A stretch of DNA of 64,000 nucleotides, taken from NCBI GenBank assembly GCA_963772795.1, contig CAVYYS010000007.1, positions 953,350 through 1,017,349 of the forward strand, in the 5' to 3' direction. The stretch comes from an uncultured Helicobacteraceae bacterium. Its GTDB lineage: Bacteria > Campylobacterota > Campylobacteria > Campylobacterales > Sulfurimonadaceae. The translations under genes and the position numbers were made by a program. The notes below the pieces were generated by a model that was given only the letters and a program-made list of their open reading frames with translations, was not told the origin of the DNA and did no database searches. The first letter of the stretch is position 1; every line of letters starts with the position of its first letter. Positions 55,109 through 64,000 of the stretch are shown here, in pieces.

Positions 55109-56485
55109 ATGAATACCAAACTCTTTTCCAACCTCCCCCTTGAACAAGCGATGATCGACAACTTAAACGCCATCGGCTATACCGAGATGACACCGATCCA
55201 GCAGCAGAGCCTGCCGATCATCCTCGAAGGCCACGACCTGATCGCCAAAGCCAAGACGGGAAGCGGCAAGACGGCGGCCTTCGGTCTGGGGCTGCTGCAC
55301 AAGCTTGACGTGAAAAAGTGGCGCATTCAGGCGCTGATCATGTGTCCGACACGCGAGCTTGCGGAACAGGTGGCGCAGGAACTGCGGAACCTGGCGCGTT
55401 ACCAGCACAACATCAAGATCCTGACCCTCTGCGGTGGTGTGCCGTTGACGCCGCAGCGCATCTCGCTGGAGCATGGCGCCCACATCATCGTCGGTACCCC
55501 GGGGCGTATCCAGGATCACATCGGCAAGGGCACCCTTGATATGGACAACATCACAACGCTGGTCCTTGACGAGGCTGACCGCATGCTGGACATGGGCTTT
55601 CTGGATGATATCAAACAGATCATCTCGCACATGCCGGCACAGCGACAGACGCTTCTTTTTTCCGCGACCTACCCTGATGAGATCGAGGCCCTGAGCCGCA
55701 GTATCATGAAAGATGCGAAGCAGGTGAGTGTCGAGCAGAGCGAAGAACGGCCGGACATTGTCCAGACCTTCTACAAGACAAGCGAGCGCGACAAAGATGC
55801 AGACCTTTTCAAACTGCTGCTGCACCACCAGGCGGCTTCGTGTATCGTCTTCTGCAACATGAAAGTGACCTGTGACGAGGTGAGCGGCTACCTGAACGAC
55901 AGGGGGCTGCATGCGCTTCCGCTTCACGGCGACCTTGAGCAGCGCGAACGCACGGAGGTGTTGACGCTGTTCAGCAACGGAAGTGCCTCGATCCTGGTGG
56001 CCACCGATGTGGCGGCGAGGGGGCTGGACATCAAAGACCTTGAACTGGTCGTCAACTACGAGATTCCGAATCAGAGCGAGATCTATGTCCACCGTGTCGG
56101 CCGGACGGGACGTGCGGGCAAAAGCGGTATTGCCGACACCCTTTATACCCCCCGCGAAGAGAAGAAGATAGCAGAGATCGAAGCCCAGATGGGAACAACC
56201 GTCAATTACGGCTCTCTCGATGAACTCAAACATAACGAGCTCTACTCGCCGAAGTATGTTACGCTGAAGATCGACGGCGGCAAGAAAGAGAAGTTGCGGC
56301 CCGGAGACATCGTGGGGGCAATCACCGCGGACAAAACGATTAGGGGCGATGAGATAGGCGACATTACGGTGACGGCGATGCGCTCCTATGTCGCAGTCGA
56401 TCGTTCAAAAGCAAAGAAGGCCTTCAACCTGATCCGTGACGGCAAGATGAAAGGCCGGCGTTTCAGAGTGACCCTGCTGGATTGA
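55109..56485 (+). CDS. dbpA: ATP-dependent RNA helicase DbpA
   Basis: AKTGSGKT, PTRELA, DEAD, SAT, HRVGRTGR, C-terminal GGKKEKLRPGDIVGA RNA-binding domain. Confidence 0.93.
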   Translation: MNTKLFSNLPLEQAMIDNLNAIGYTEMTPIQQQSLPIILEGHDLIAKAKTGSGKTAAFGLGLLHKLDVKKWRIQALIMCPTRELAEQVAQELRNLARYQHNIKILTLCGGVPLTPQRISLEHGAHIIVGTPGRIQDHIGKGTLDMDNITTLVLDEADRMLDMGFLDDIKQIISHMPAQRQTLLFSATYPDEIEALSRSIMKDAKQVSVEQSEERPDIVQTFYKTSERDKDADLFKLLLHHQAASCIVFCNMKVTCDEVSGYLNDRGLHALPLHGDLEQRERTEVLTLFSNGSASILVATDVAARGLDIKDLELVVNYEIPNQSEIYVHRVGRTGRAGKSGIADTLYTPREEKKIAEIEAQMGTTVNYGSLDELKHNELYSPKYVTLKIDGGKKEKLRPGDIVGAITADKTIRGDEIGDITVTAMRSYVAVDRSKAKKAFNLIRDGKMKGRRFRVTLLD

Positions 56486-56499
56486 TCCGGAGAAAAGAG

Positions 56500-56985
56500 A
56501 TGAATATTGAGGTCGTTGTCGCGGACTATCAGGATAAGCAGCAGGCAGCAGATATTCTTTTGCTGCTGGAGCACTATGCACAGGACCCGATGGGCGGCGG
56601 ATCGCCCCTCACCTCTTATACCAGAGAAAATCTGCTTCCTGCGCTGTCAAAGATTCCGCATGCCTTTACGCTGCTCTGTTACGTCGACAATGCCCCTGCC
56701 GGAGTGGCCAACTGTTTTGAATCCTTCTCCACTTTTAAATGCAAACCGATCGTCAATATCCATGACTTTGTCGTATTGGGCGATTTTCGGGGAAAAGGCA
56801 TCAGCCAGCTGATGCTGGCCAAAGTCGAAGAGATCGCCAATGCACTTGGATGCTGCAAGATCACTTTGGAAGTCCTGGAGGGAAATCTGGCGGCTCAATC
56901 GGCCTATGTAAAGTTTGGATTCGGCGGCTATGAGCTGGACCCGGCTGCGGGAAAAGCGCTCTTCTGGGAAAAAACGCTCGAGTAG
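56500..56985 (+). CDS. GNAT family acetyltransferase
   Basis: NIHDFVV...RGKGI, KITLEV...N..A..Y..FGF. Confidence 0.9.
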   Translation: MNIEVVVADYQDKQQAADILLLLEHYAQDPMGGGSPLTSYTRENLLPALSKIPHAFTLLCYVDNAPAGVANCFESFSTFKCKPIVNIHDFVVLGDFRGKGISQLMLAKVEEIANALGCCKITLEVLEGNLAAQSAYVKFGFGGYELDPAAGKALFWEKTLE

Positions 56986-57007
56986 GCCGGAAAGCTGATC
57001 GTAACGA

Positions 57008-57877
57008 TCAGCGCAGCGAGACCGCCGGAAAATAGGTGTTTATCATCAAGGCTGTTTCGGCTGAGAAACGCTTCATCAGTTTCTCGAATTTATCCTCTTT
57101 GTTCCATTCCGGTTTCTGCACTTTGCTTAAAATCTCTAAACGTTTTTTGGCATCATAGGCGACACCCAGCGTGTCGATCAGGCCGACCTCTTTTGCCTGC
57201 TTGGCGGTAAAGACATGGGCATCGGCATAGAGCGCGGAATTTTTTTCATCAAGATTGCGGGCCGTTGCGACGTCATGGACAAACATTGCATAGGTTCCCT
57301 GGATCACCTTGTTCAACTCTCTTTTCTCATCCGGGGTCCACTCTCTGTCGATCGTCCCGATCTGTTTGTACTTGCCGGCTTGGATGACCTGGGAGCGGAC
57401 TCCGATCTTGTTCATCAGTTCACTGACATCGGCACCGTGCAAAATGACACCGATGGAGCCCACCATCGATCCGGGGTTGGCGATGATCTCATCGGCCCAG
57501 ATAGAGGCATAATAGGAGCCGCTTGCCAGAGTCCCTGCAGCATAGACGACGACAGGTTTGGTCTCTTTAAGGCGTTTGACCGCCTCCATCACTTCGATCG
57601 AGGGCGAAACGGAACCGCCCGGAGAGTCGACAGTGAGCAAAACCCCTTTGATCTGGTCGCTCTTGCGTGCCTTGTCCAGCTCCTCGACCACCTCCGTCGT
57701 ATCAAAGATCGGTCCGATCAGCTTGACCTCCTGCAGATTGTTGGGAACCAGTGTCTGTTCGCTGGCCGGTGCGAAGAGCAGAAAAAGCAGCAGCAAAAAG
57801 AGCATCGATTTGAAATATTTCTGGATAAAACCAAGGGTTGCTGTGATGGGCAGAAAGAGTTTTTTAAGACCTTCCAT
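57008..57877 (-). CDS. sppA: signal peptide peptidase SppA
   Basis: DSPGGS, ASGSYY, VGSIGV, AGKYK. Confidence 0.93.
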   Translation of the reverse strand: MEGLKKLFLPITATLGFIQKYFKSMLFLLLLFLLFAPASEQTLVPNNLQEVKLIGPIFDTTEVVEELDKARKSDQIKGVLLTVDSPGGSVSPSIEVMEAVKRLKETKPVVVYAAGTLASGSYYASIWADEIIANPGSMVGSIGVILHGADVSELMNKIGVRSQVIQAGKYKQIGTIDREWTPDEKRELNKVIQGTYAMFVHDVATARNLDEKNSALYADAHVFTAKQAKEVGLIDTLGVAYDAKKRLEILSKVQKPEWNKEDKFEKLMKRFSAETALMINTYFPAVSLR

Positions 57878-59100
57878 TATTTTCCTTCTTTAACGGACTG
57901 GCCGTTGATATAAACTTGGTCAATATTATAGCCGTGCAGAAGTAAATGCAGCGGCAGCTGCTCGTTCGGTGCGGACTCCAGGTCGATGACAAGCAGATCG
58001 GCCTCTCTGCCGACAGCGATCTCGCCGGTGTTGAGCTTCAGTGCTTTGGCACTCTCTCTGGTCGCATTGGTCAGCAGCTTCTGCGCAAGCGTCAAGAGGT
58101 CGGCACCGGCGTGCATGAAGAGGGCGATCTTCATCTCCTCGATCAGGTCGAGCCCGTAGTTTGAGCTCAGCCCGTCTGTGCCGATGACCCAGGGGACACC
58201 GTTTTGTTCAAGCTTTTCAAGATCAATCGTACCGTTGCCGAGCAGACGGTTTGAGATGGGGCAGTGGATAACGGTGTGGCCGTCTGCCGCAAGTGTTTTA
58301 AGCTCTTCTTCGTTGGCCTGCACCACATGGGTCATCAGGGTCGGCTTCTCTCTGAAAAGTGCCAGAAACTCTTTGGAGGTGTTGACGGCATACTCCTGTT
58401 TCAGGAACTCTTTGAAAAAGGGCTGAAAATCGCCGCTGTTGCTCTCGAGCCACTCTTTCTCGGCCGGGCTCTCCATGTAGTGGGCGCTCGTCAAGAGGTC
58501 ATGCTTTTTGGCATGCTCAAGCGCCCGTTTGATAAGGGCGGGGTGGACCGAATAGGGCGAGTGGATGGCGATAGCCGGGATAAAACCTTCGCGCTGCACC
58601 TCCTGCGAGCTCTCCAGCCGCGAGAGGAAGTCACTGTAAAGGGTGTCGGCCATCGTGGCCTGCGAACCGATCACTTCGTTAAAAAAGACGACCTTCTGCT
58701 TCGCGCCCGCGGCGACCTCAAGGTCCATCGCATAGGAGCTGATCGCACCGAAGGTCGTGATGCCGTTGGCCAACATGTCGTCACAGGCCTTTTTCATGCA
58801 GCTCTCATCGCAGCTTCCGATGAGCTCGTCACGGTGTTCGATGACCGAGTAGAGCCACTCGATAAACGAACCGTATTTGAGAGTGCTTTTGTTGCCCGAG
58901 AACTCGAGGTGGACATGAGGATTGATGAGCCCCGGCATCACCATGGAGTGCAGCGGGGTATCGATGAACTCGGCATCCGGAAACTGCTCCAGCAGCTCAT
59001 CCAGCGGAGCGATCGCCCTTATATGGGTGTCAAAAGCGATACCCTGTCCACTAAGCTGTTGGGCGGGGGATAGAATTGTCTCAGGGGTGATTATTTTCAT
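57877..59100 (-). CDS. mqnF: amidohydrolase, aminofutalosine deaminase family
   Basis: PGLINPHVHLEF, HSPYSV, HYMES, HCPISN, GTDGLSSN; sppA/aroQ synteny. Confidence 0.8.
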   Translation of the reverse strand: MKIITPETILSPAQQLSGQGIAFDTHIRAIAPLDELLEQFPDAEFIDTPLHSMVMPGLINPHVHLEFSGNKSTLKYGSFIEWLYSVIEHRDELIGSCDESCMKKACDDMLANGITTFGAISSYAMDLEVAAGAKQKVVFFNEVIGSQATMADTLYSDFLSRLESSQEVQREGFIPAIAIHSPYSVHPALIKRALEHAKKHDLLTSAHYMESPAEKEWLESNSGDFQPFFKEFLKQEYAVNTSKEFLALFREKPTLMTHVVQANEEELKTLAADGHTVIHCPISNRLLGNGTIDLEKLEQNGVPWVIGTDGLSSNYGLDLIEEMKIALFMHAGADLLTLAQKLLTNATRESAKALKLNTGEIAVGREADLLVIDLESAPNEQLPLHLLLHGYNIDQVYINGQSVKEGK

Positions 59101-59242
59101 AATAGTTCTTTGTCCTATGGTTTCTGTTAATGATTATATCGCTTTAGATGTTGGAGGCTGTTTAGAAAACAGGGCTGTTTCAAGGTATTAAAATAAATCT
59201 TTACCTATAATGCAAGGCAATTATACAAAACAAAGGTTATCA

Positions 59243-59722
59243 ATGAAAATTGTCGTCATTCAAGGTCCAAATCTTAATATGTTAGGTGTTCGTGAACAGC
59301 AGATCTACGGACCGATGAAACTTGAGCAGATCCATGCGCAGATGAAAGACTTTGCAGACAAAAACAACATGGAGGTCGAATTCTTTCAGTCAAACCTGGA
59401 AGGTGAGATCGTTGACAAGATCCAGGAGTGCTACGGCGAAGCGCAGGGCATCATCATCAATGCTGCGGCCTATACCCACACCTCTATCGCGATTCGCGAT
59501 GCGATCTCTGCCGTGTCGATCCCGACGATCGAGGTGCACATCTCCAATATTCACCGCCGCGAAGAGTTTAGAAAAGTCAACATGATCGCTCCGGTCTGTA
59601 CTTCGTCAATTGTCGGATTCGGTCCGTTCGGGTACCACCTGGCAATGCTCGGCATGTCTCAGATCATGCAAGAGATCCAGGCGATGCAGGCACAACAGGC
59701 AGCGGCGCAGCCACAAGCGTAA
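59243..59722 (+). CDS. aroQ: type II 3-dehydroquinate dehydratase
   Basis: [33 protein letters not shown]. Confidence 0.96.
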   Translation: MKIVVIQGPNLNMLGVREQQIYGPMKLEQIHAQMKDFADKNNMEVEFFQSNLEGEIVDKIQECYGEAQGIIINAAAYTHTSIAIRDAISAVSIPTIEVHISNIHRREEFRKVNMIAPVCTSSIVGFGPFGYHLAMLGMSQIMQEIQAMQAQQAAAQPQA

Positions 59723-59727
59723 CCGCC

Positions 59728-60219
59728 GTGGGGATCGTACGAGAGCTCTCGCCCGGGCTTAGGCTCTTCATAGAGAGAGGCTACCCTGCATCGTACACGA
59801 GTTCTAAGCACTTCCGCCATCGCGCCGTTATCGGTATAGGCGGCAACATCGGTGATGTCAAACGTCGATTTCACCATCTCTACCATTTTTTAAAGCGTCA
59901 AAAAGGGATCGTTGTCCTGCACACAGCCCCGATTTTACAGAATCCTCCTTTCGGTTATGCAGAGCAGGATGATTTTTTTAACTCGGTCATTGAGGTGGCC
60001 ACATCGATGAACCCCAGAGAGCTGTTGGCCTTTCTGCTGAGAGTCGAGAAACATTTCGGCCGTAAACGCAGTTTTGCCAACGCACCGCGCACGCTGGATC
60101 TGGACCTGCTCTTTTTTGATGATGTCCGGATGAAGACAGCGCGTTTGACACTGCCTCATCCGCACTGGCATGAACGCGAGAGCGTACTGATCCCCCTCCA
60201 AATGTTAGGAAGACGCTGA
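59728..60219 (+). CDS. folK: 6-hydroxymethyl-7,8-dihydropterin pyrophosphokinase
   Basis: IGIGGNIG, QDDFFN, PRTLDLD, LPHP. Confidence 0.94.
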   Translation: MGIVRELSPGLRLFIERGYPASYTSSKHFRHRAVIGIGGNIGDVKRRFHHLYHFLKRQKGIVVLHTAPILQNPPFGYAEQDDFFNSVIEVATSMNPRELLAFLLRVEKHFGRKRSFANAPRTLDLDLLFFDDVRMKTARLTLPHPHWHERESVLIPLQMLGRR

Positions 60220-61052
60220 TGCATAAAAATAACCGTGCCAAAAAGACCCGTTTTATTACCGTCACCAGTGGCAAAGGCGGGGTCGGTAAAAGCACAATCA
60301 GCTCGAACTTAGCCTATACCCTTGCATCCGCGGGTGTCAAGGTGGGGATCTTTGACGCCGATATCGGTCTGGCCAATCTCGATGTGATGTTCAACGTCTC
60401 TGTCAAAAAAAACATCCTGCATCTCTTAAAGGGCGAAGCACGTCTGGATGAGATACTGATCCATGTGGCGGATAATCTGATCCTGATACCGGGTGAGAGC
60501 GGCGAGGAGATACTCAACTACTCTGATTCGGCGATCTTTGAACAGTTTATGAAAGAGGCCGAAGCGCTGAATGATCTGGATGTTTTGATCATCGATACGG
60601 GCGCCGGCATCAGTAAAAATACCCAGCTCTTTTTGCAGGTTGCCGATGATGTCATCATCGTCACGGTGCCGGATCCCTCGGCGATTACAGATGCCTATGC
60701 GACGGTAAAAGTGGCGGCACGTGAGCGAAACGATATGCTGATGGTGATCAATCAGGTTGCCAATGAACAGGAAGCGCTTTCAATCTTTGAACGCATCGAG
60801 AAGGTGGCGCGGGCCAATATCAGAGAAGATCTGGACCTGCGTTTTCTGGGCAAGATCAATGCCGATCAAAAGGTCTCCGCCGCTGTCAAGCGGCGGGCCC
60901 TTTTCTGCCAGACCCATGCTCAGAGCGGTCCAAGCCGCGATATACGTACCATTGCAAGGGAGTTGGTGAAAAAGCTGGAACGGCAGGTCTACGTGAAGCC
61001 GAAAGAGAGCGGTTTGGCGGGTCTGCTGAAACGACTGTGCGAGCAGTTCTGA
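60219..61052 (+). CDS. flhG: FlhG/MinD-like ATPase
   Basis: TSGKGGVGKST, DADIGLANLD, IDTGAGI, PDPSAITDAY, C-terminal amphipathic GLAGLLKRL. Confidence 0.88.
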   Translation: MHKNNRAKKTRFITVTSGKGGVGKSTISSNLAYTLASAGVKVGIFDADIGLANLDVMFNVSVKKNILHLLKGEARLDEILIHVADNLILIPGESGEEILNYSDSAIFEQFMKEAEALNDLDVLIIDTGAGISKNTQLFLQVADDVIIVTVPDPSAITDAYATVKVAARERNDMLMVINQVANEQEALSIFERIEKVARANIREDLDLRFLGKINADQKVSAAVKRRALFCQTHAQSGPSRDIRTIARELVKKLERQVYVKPKESGLAGLLKRLCEQF

Positions 61053-61988
61053 TGCAGACAAAAGAGCTGCTTTCACAAGATGAGATCAGGGCTCTTTTAG
61101 AGATCTCTCCTGCGGCGATACCCGAAAGCCCGGAATCTGTTCAAAGCAGTGCGCCTGATGCCGTTCTGGCCAATGCGGCAGAGGAGCTGCTGCACTACCT
61201 GCAGCGCAGCGGCCTGCAGGCCGGAAGCTACGGTGTCACCCAAAAAGGCACAATCGGTATGCATCGCTGCAAAAGTTTCAGGCGTCAGGGAACTGTCATC
61301 CATCTGTGCATTGAAAATAGTTTGGCGAACGCTTTTATTGAGAGCCTTTTGGGCGGCAAGAGCAGCCGGTTCGAAGATGACCGCGCTCCGGGTTCCCTGG
61401 ATGAGGCATTTCTGGCACTTTTGTTCCGAGAGACGCAGAAGCTTTTGCAGCCGCATCTGCAGAAAGTCAAGGGGTTCGGTAGCTGTCGGCAGGTGTACTT
61501 TTTGGAATTTTTCCTTGGCAACACTAAAAGTGTGATGAAGCTGGTACTGGAGGGTGTTGCGCCTGCCGGGGCTGAAAAACAAGTCAAAACAGATATGCAA
61601 AAGATAAAGGTCGAGGCTGTTTTAGGGGTGGATTCATGCCGATGTTCTGAAACGGGGCCAAAGCTATAAACTTGATGACTATGCGTTTGAGAGAATTGTT
61701 CTGCTGATGGACAATGCACTGGCTTTCAGGGGAAAAATAGTACGGACCACGAACGATGAGATGCGGCTTTTGCTTGAGGAACCGATTGAACAAGCATCGA
61801 ATCCGAAAGGATACCTTGTGTGTGCCGCCGGCAGTTTTTTGGATGACGACGTGCTTTTGGGCCTCGAGTACGGACGCTATCTGAATTTAAAGCTTTATGG
61901 AAATCTGCAGGTACATAAAGAGGGCAGATTTGTCGCGAAGGCAGAACTTTTTATCAAAAACGGCGATATCGCCGTGGGGATAGTGTAG
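61052..61988 (+). pseudogene. divergent FliM/FliY-like C-ring protein, split by a one-base insertion at ~61625-61628
   Basis: N-terminal LLSQDEIRALL, C-terminal SPOA-like VAKAELFIKNGDIAVGI. Removing one G from TTAGGGGTGG joins both ORFs into 311 aa. Confidence 0.6.
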
Positions 61989-62176
61989 TCAAGAGAGGCT
62001 TTGAAACGTGCCAGCCGTCAAAACCCTTCGTTCCACCCTTTCACTTTCTTAGCAGCGGTTATAATACCCACATTAACTGGTAAGGATAGCCTCATGCTTA
62101 GACTCTTTTTGCTATTATTCCATTACTAAATATAATAGATGCGCCGCAGCGGCGTACAGCTTAAGCACTAAAGCAG

Positions 62177-62251
62177 AGGGAGGCACTTAAATGCCGAGTC
62201 GTATCAGGGCCAACAGCTCAATGCAAGGGAGGCACTAAATGCCGAGTCGTA
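62177..62251 (+). repeat. direct duplication of mnmA SD/start region
   Basis: AGGGAGGCACTTAAATGCCGAGTCGTA (62177-62203) vs AGGGAGGCACTAAATGCCGAGTCGTA (62226-62251). Confidence 0.85.
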
Positions 62252-63264
62252 AAAAAGTTTTGATCGGAATGAGCGGCGGTGTGGACTCTACCGTCTCCAC
62301 CATGCTCTTAAAGGAAGATGGCTACGAGGTCGAAGGTGTCTATCTCAAGCTCCATTCAAAACCGGGTTATCATGAGATCCACCAGGCCAGAGCGCAAAAA
62401 GCGGCGGATTTTGCCGGGGTCAAACTGCATGTTCTGGATCTGCAGACCGTCTTCAAAGAGAAGGTGGTCGACCCCTTTATCGAGACCTATAAAGAGGGGA
62501 AAACACCCAACCCGTGTGCGCTCTGCAACCGTAATCTCAAATTCGGCGAGATGATGAAATTTGCCGATGAGGTCGGTGCCGACTACCTGGCAACAGGGCA
62601 CTATATCCAGCATGACGGCACCTATCTTCTGCAGGCTGAGGATGATACGAAAGACCAGTCCTATTTTCTCTTTTACATCAACAAAGCGATCGTACCGCGT
62701 CTGCTTTTTCCGCTGGGCTCAAGACATAAAAAAGATGTCAAAGCGTTCGCGGCGGGCATAGAGGGGCTGGAGTCCTTTGCTTCGCAGGCGGAGTCGAGCG
62801 AGATCTGTTTTGTCGAGACCACCTATACCGATGTCCTGAAAGAGTATATCCAGGTCGATCAGCCGGGCGAGGTGCTTGACGCTGAAGGCAATGTCGTCGG
62901 CGAGCACAAGGGGTACATGCACTACACCATTGGCAAACGCAAGGGCTTTACGGTTAAGGGGGCGCATGACCCGCACTTTGTCACCAGGATCATCCCGGAG
63001 AAGAATCAGATCGTCGTGGGACTCAAAGAGGAGCTCGAATGTTTTGATGTCGAGATCAAGGATGTCAACATGTTCGACGACCGTACCAGCTTCGACACGA
63101 CGGTCAAACTGCGCTACCGTACCCACGCTGTACCGTGCCATGTCGAGATCAAAGGCAACCGCGGAACCATCAAGCTCGAAGAGCCGGTTCTGGGTGTCGC
63201 CTCCGGACAGGCGGCAGTCTTTTATGACGACAACAAGCTTATCGGCGGGGGCTGGATCGTTTAG
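62239..63264 (+). CDS. mnmA: tRNA 2-thiouridine(34) synthase
   Basis: MSGGVDS, TPNPCALCN, ATGHY, KDQSYFL, YTIGKRKG, GQAAVFY. Confidence 0.97.
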   Translation: MPSRKKVLIGMSGGVDSTVSTMLLKEDGYEVEGVYLKLHSKPGYHEIHQARAQKAADFAGVKLHVLDLQTVFKEKVVDPFIETYKEGKTPNPCALCNRNLKFGEMMKFADEVGADYLATGHYIQHDGTYLLQAEDDTKDQSYFLFYINKAIVPRLLFPLGSRHKKDVKAFAAGIEGLESFASQAESSEICFVETTYTDVLKEYIQVDQPGEVLDAEGNVVGEHKGYMHYTIGKRKGFTVKGAHDPHFVTRIIPEKNQIVVGLKEELECFDVEIKDVNMFDDRTSFDTTVKLRYRTHAVPCHVEIKGNRGTIKLEEPVLGVASGQAAVFYDDNKLIGGGWIV

Positions 63265-63414
63265 TTGTCGGCAATATGGCAGCTGCAACGATCCTAAATC
63301 AGCTTCTGATCTGACCGTGGTCTGTTTTTGGTATCGTCAGCTTCTCTTTTTTTACTCTCTCCTCAGCCTTACTCGATATAATTGCAGTAATATTAAAGTA
63401 CCCAAGGTGACCCC

Positions 63415-64000
63415 ATGCGCGGATATAAAATTTTTGCCGGTAGTTCGTCTATCGAGTTTGCTCAAGAGGTGTGCAAGACCCTCGATGTTCCATTGGCCAA
63501 GGCAGATGTAAAACGTTTTTCAGATGGTGAGATATCTGTTCAGATTGCAGAAAGTGTCCGCGGGCGCGATGTCTTTATCATTCAGTCCACAGGTGCACCG
63601 TCCAATGACAACCTGATGGAGCTGCTAATCATGACCGATGCGCTTCGCCGCTCCTCTGCAAGTTCGATCACGGCGGTTGTACCGTACTACGGTTATGCCC
63701 GACAAGACCGCAAAGCAGCGCCTCGCGTACCGATCACTGCGAGATTGGTGGCGGATCTTTACGAGACTGCCGGCATCAACCGTGTTGTTACGATCGATCT
63801 TCATGCCGGCCAGATACAGGGCTTCTTCAGTATACCGGTCGACAACCTTTACGGTTCGATCGTCTTTAAAGAGTATGTGCAGTCCAAAGGACTTCCGAAC
63901 CCGGTCGTCGCATCACCGGACATCGGAGGGGTGGCACGTGCACGCTATTTCGCAGAGCAGCTCGGCCTTGAGATGGTCATTGTCGACAAGCGCCGTGAAA
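63415..64000 (+). CDS. prs: ribose-phosphate pyrophosphokinase, 5' part (truncated by window)
   Basis: MRGYKIFAG...RFSDGE...VRGRDV...NDNLMEL...PYYGYARQDRK...DLHAGQIQGFF...SPDIGG. Confidence 0.96.
   Translation, partial: MRGYKIFAGSSSIEFAQEVCKTLDVPLAKADVKRFSDGEISVQIAESVRGRDVFIIQSTGAPSNDNLMELLIMTDALRRSSASSITAVVPYYGYARQDRKAAPRVPITARLVADLYETAGINRVVTIDLHAGQIQGFFSIPVDNLYGSIVFKEYVQSKGLPNPVVASPDIGGVARARYFAEQLGLEMVIVDKRRE

Noticed and set aside
53152-56233. Long antisense ORFs (322 aa over xseA, 356 aa over dbpA; likewise 302 aa over moxR and 269 aa over mqnF)
   Set aside because: Shadow frames of well-supported genes, explained by codon bias, with no recognisable motifs.

Overview
Chromosomal window from a Campylobacterota bacterium. 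The 16S and gene order suggest Sulfurimonas or a close relative (inferred, not database-checked). It is mostly housekeeping: ktrBA, pta-ackA, an ABC-F, a complete rrn operon (16S-tRNA-Ala-tRNA-Ile-23S-5S), tRNA-Lys/Glu, tyrA, bamA, ppx, ferredoxin, hsrA/cosR with an adjacent kinase, folB, plsY, nadA-nadC-DHH-M23-lpxC-tsaB-thrB-infB-rbfA-rimP-ribD-ubiE-xseA, dbpA, sppA, mqnF, aroQ-folK, mnmA and partial prs. No CRISPR array, integrase or transposase gene was seen. The most notable oddities are: (1) two tandem, covarying structured repeats right after 5S that reuse the 5S 3' flank; (2) a collapsed flagellar locus keeping only FlhG (without its FlhF-activating N-terminus) and a divergent, frameshifted FliM/FliY-like gene; (3) a Bat (vWA/TPR/BatD) module present twice around one MoxR/DUF58 core; (4) a 266-bp palindromic MITE with a TAAA target duplication, a REP-like repeat cluster and an uncalled 37-aa membrane peptide near 9-10 kb; (5) an orphan long hairpin between bamA and ppx; (6) a duplicated mnmA start that creates an in-frame uORF.
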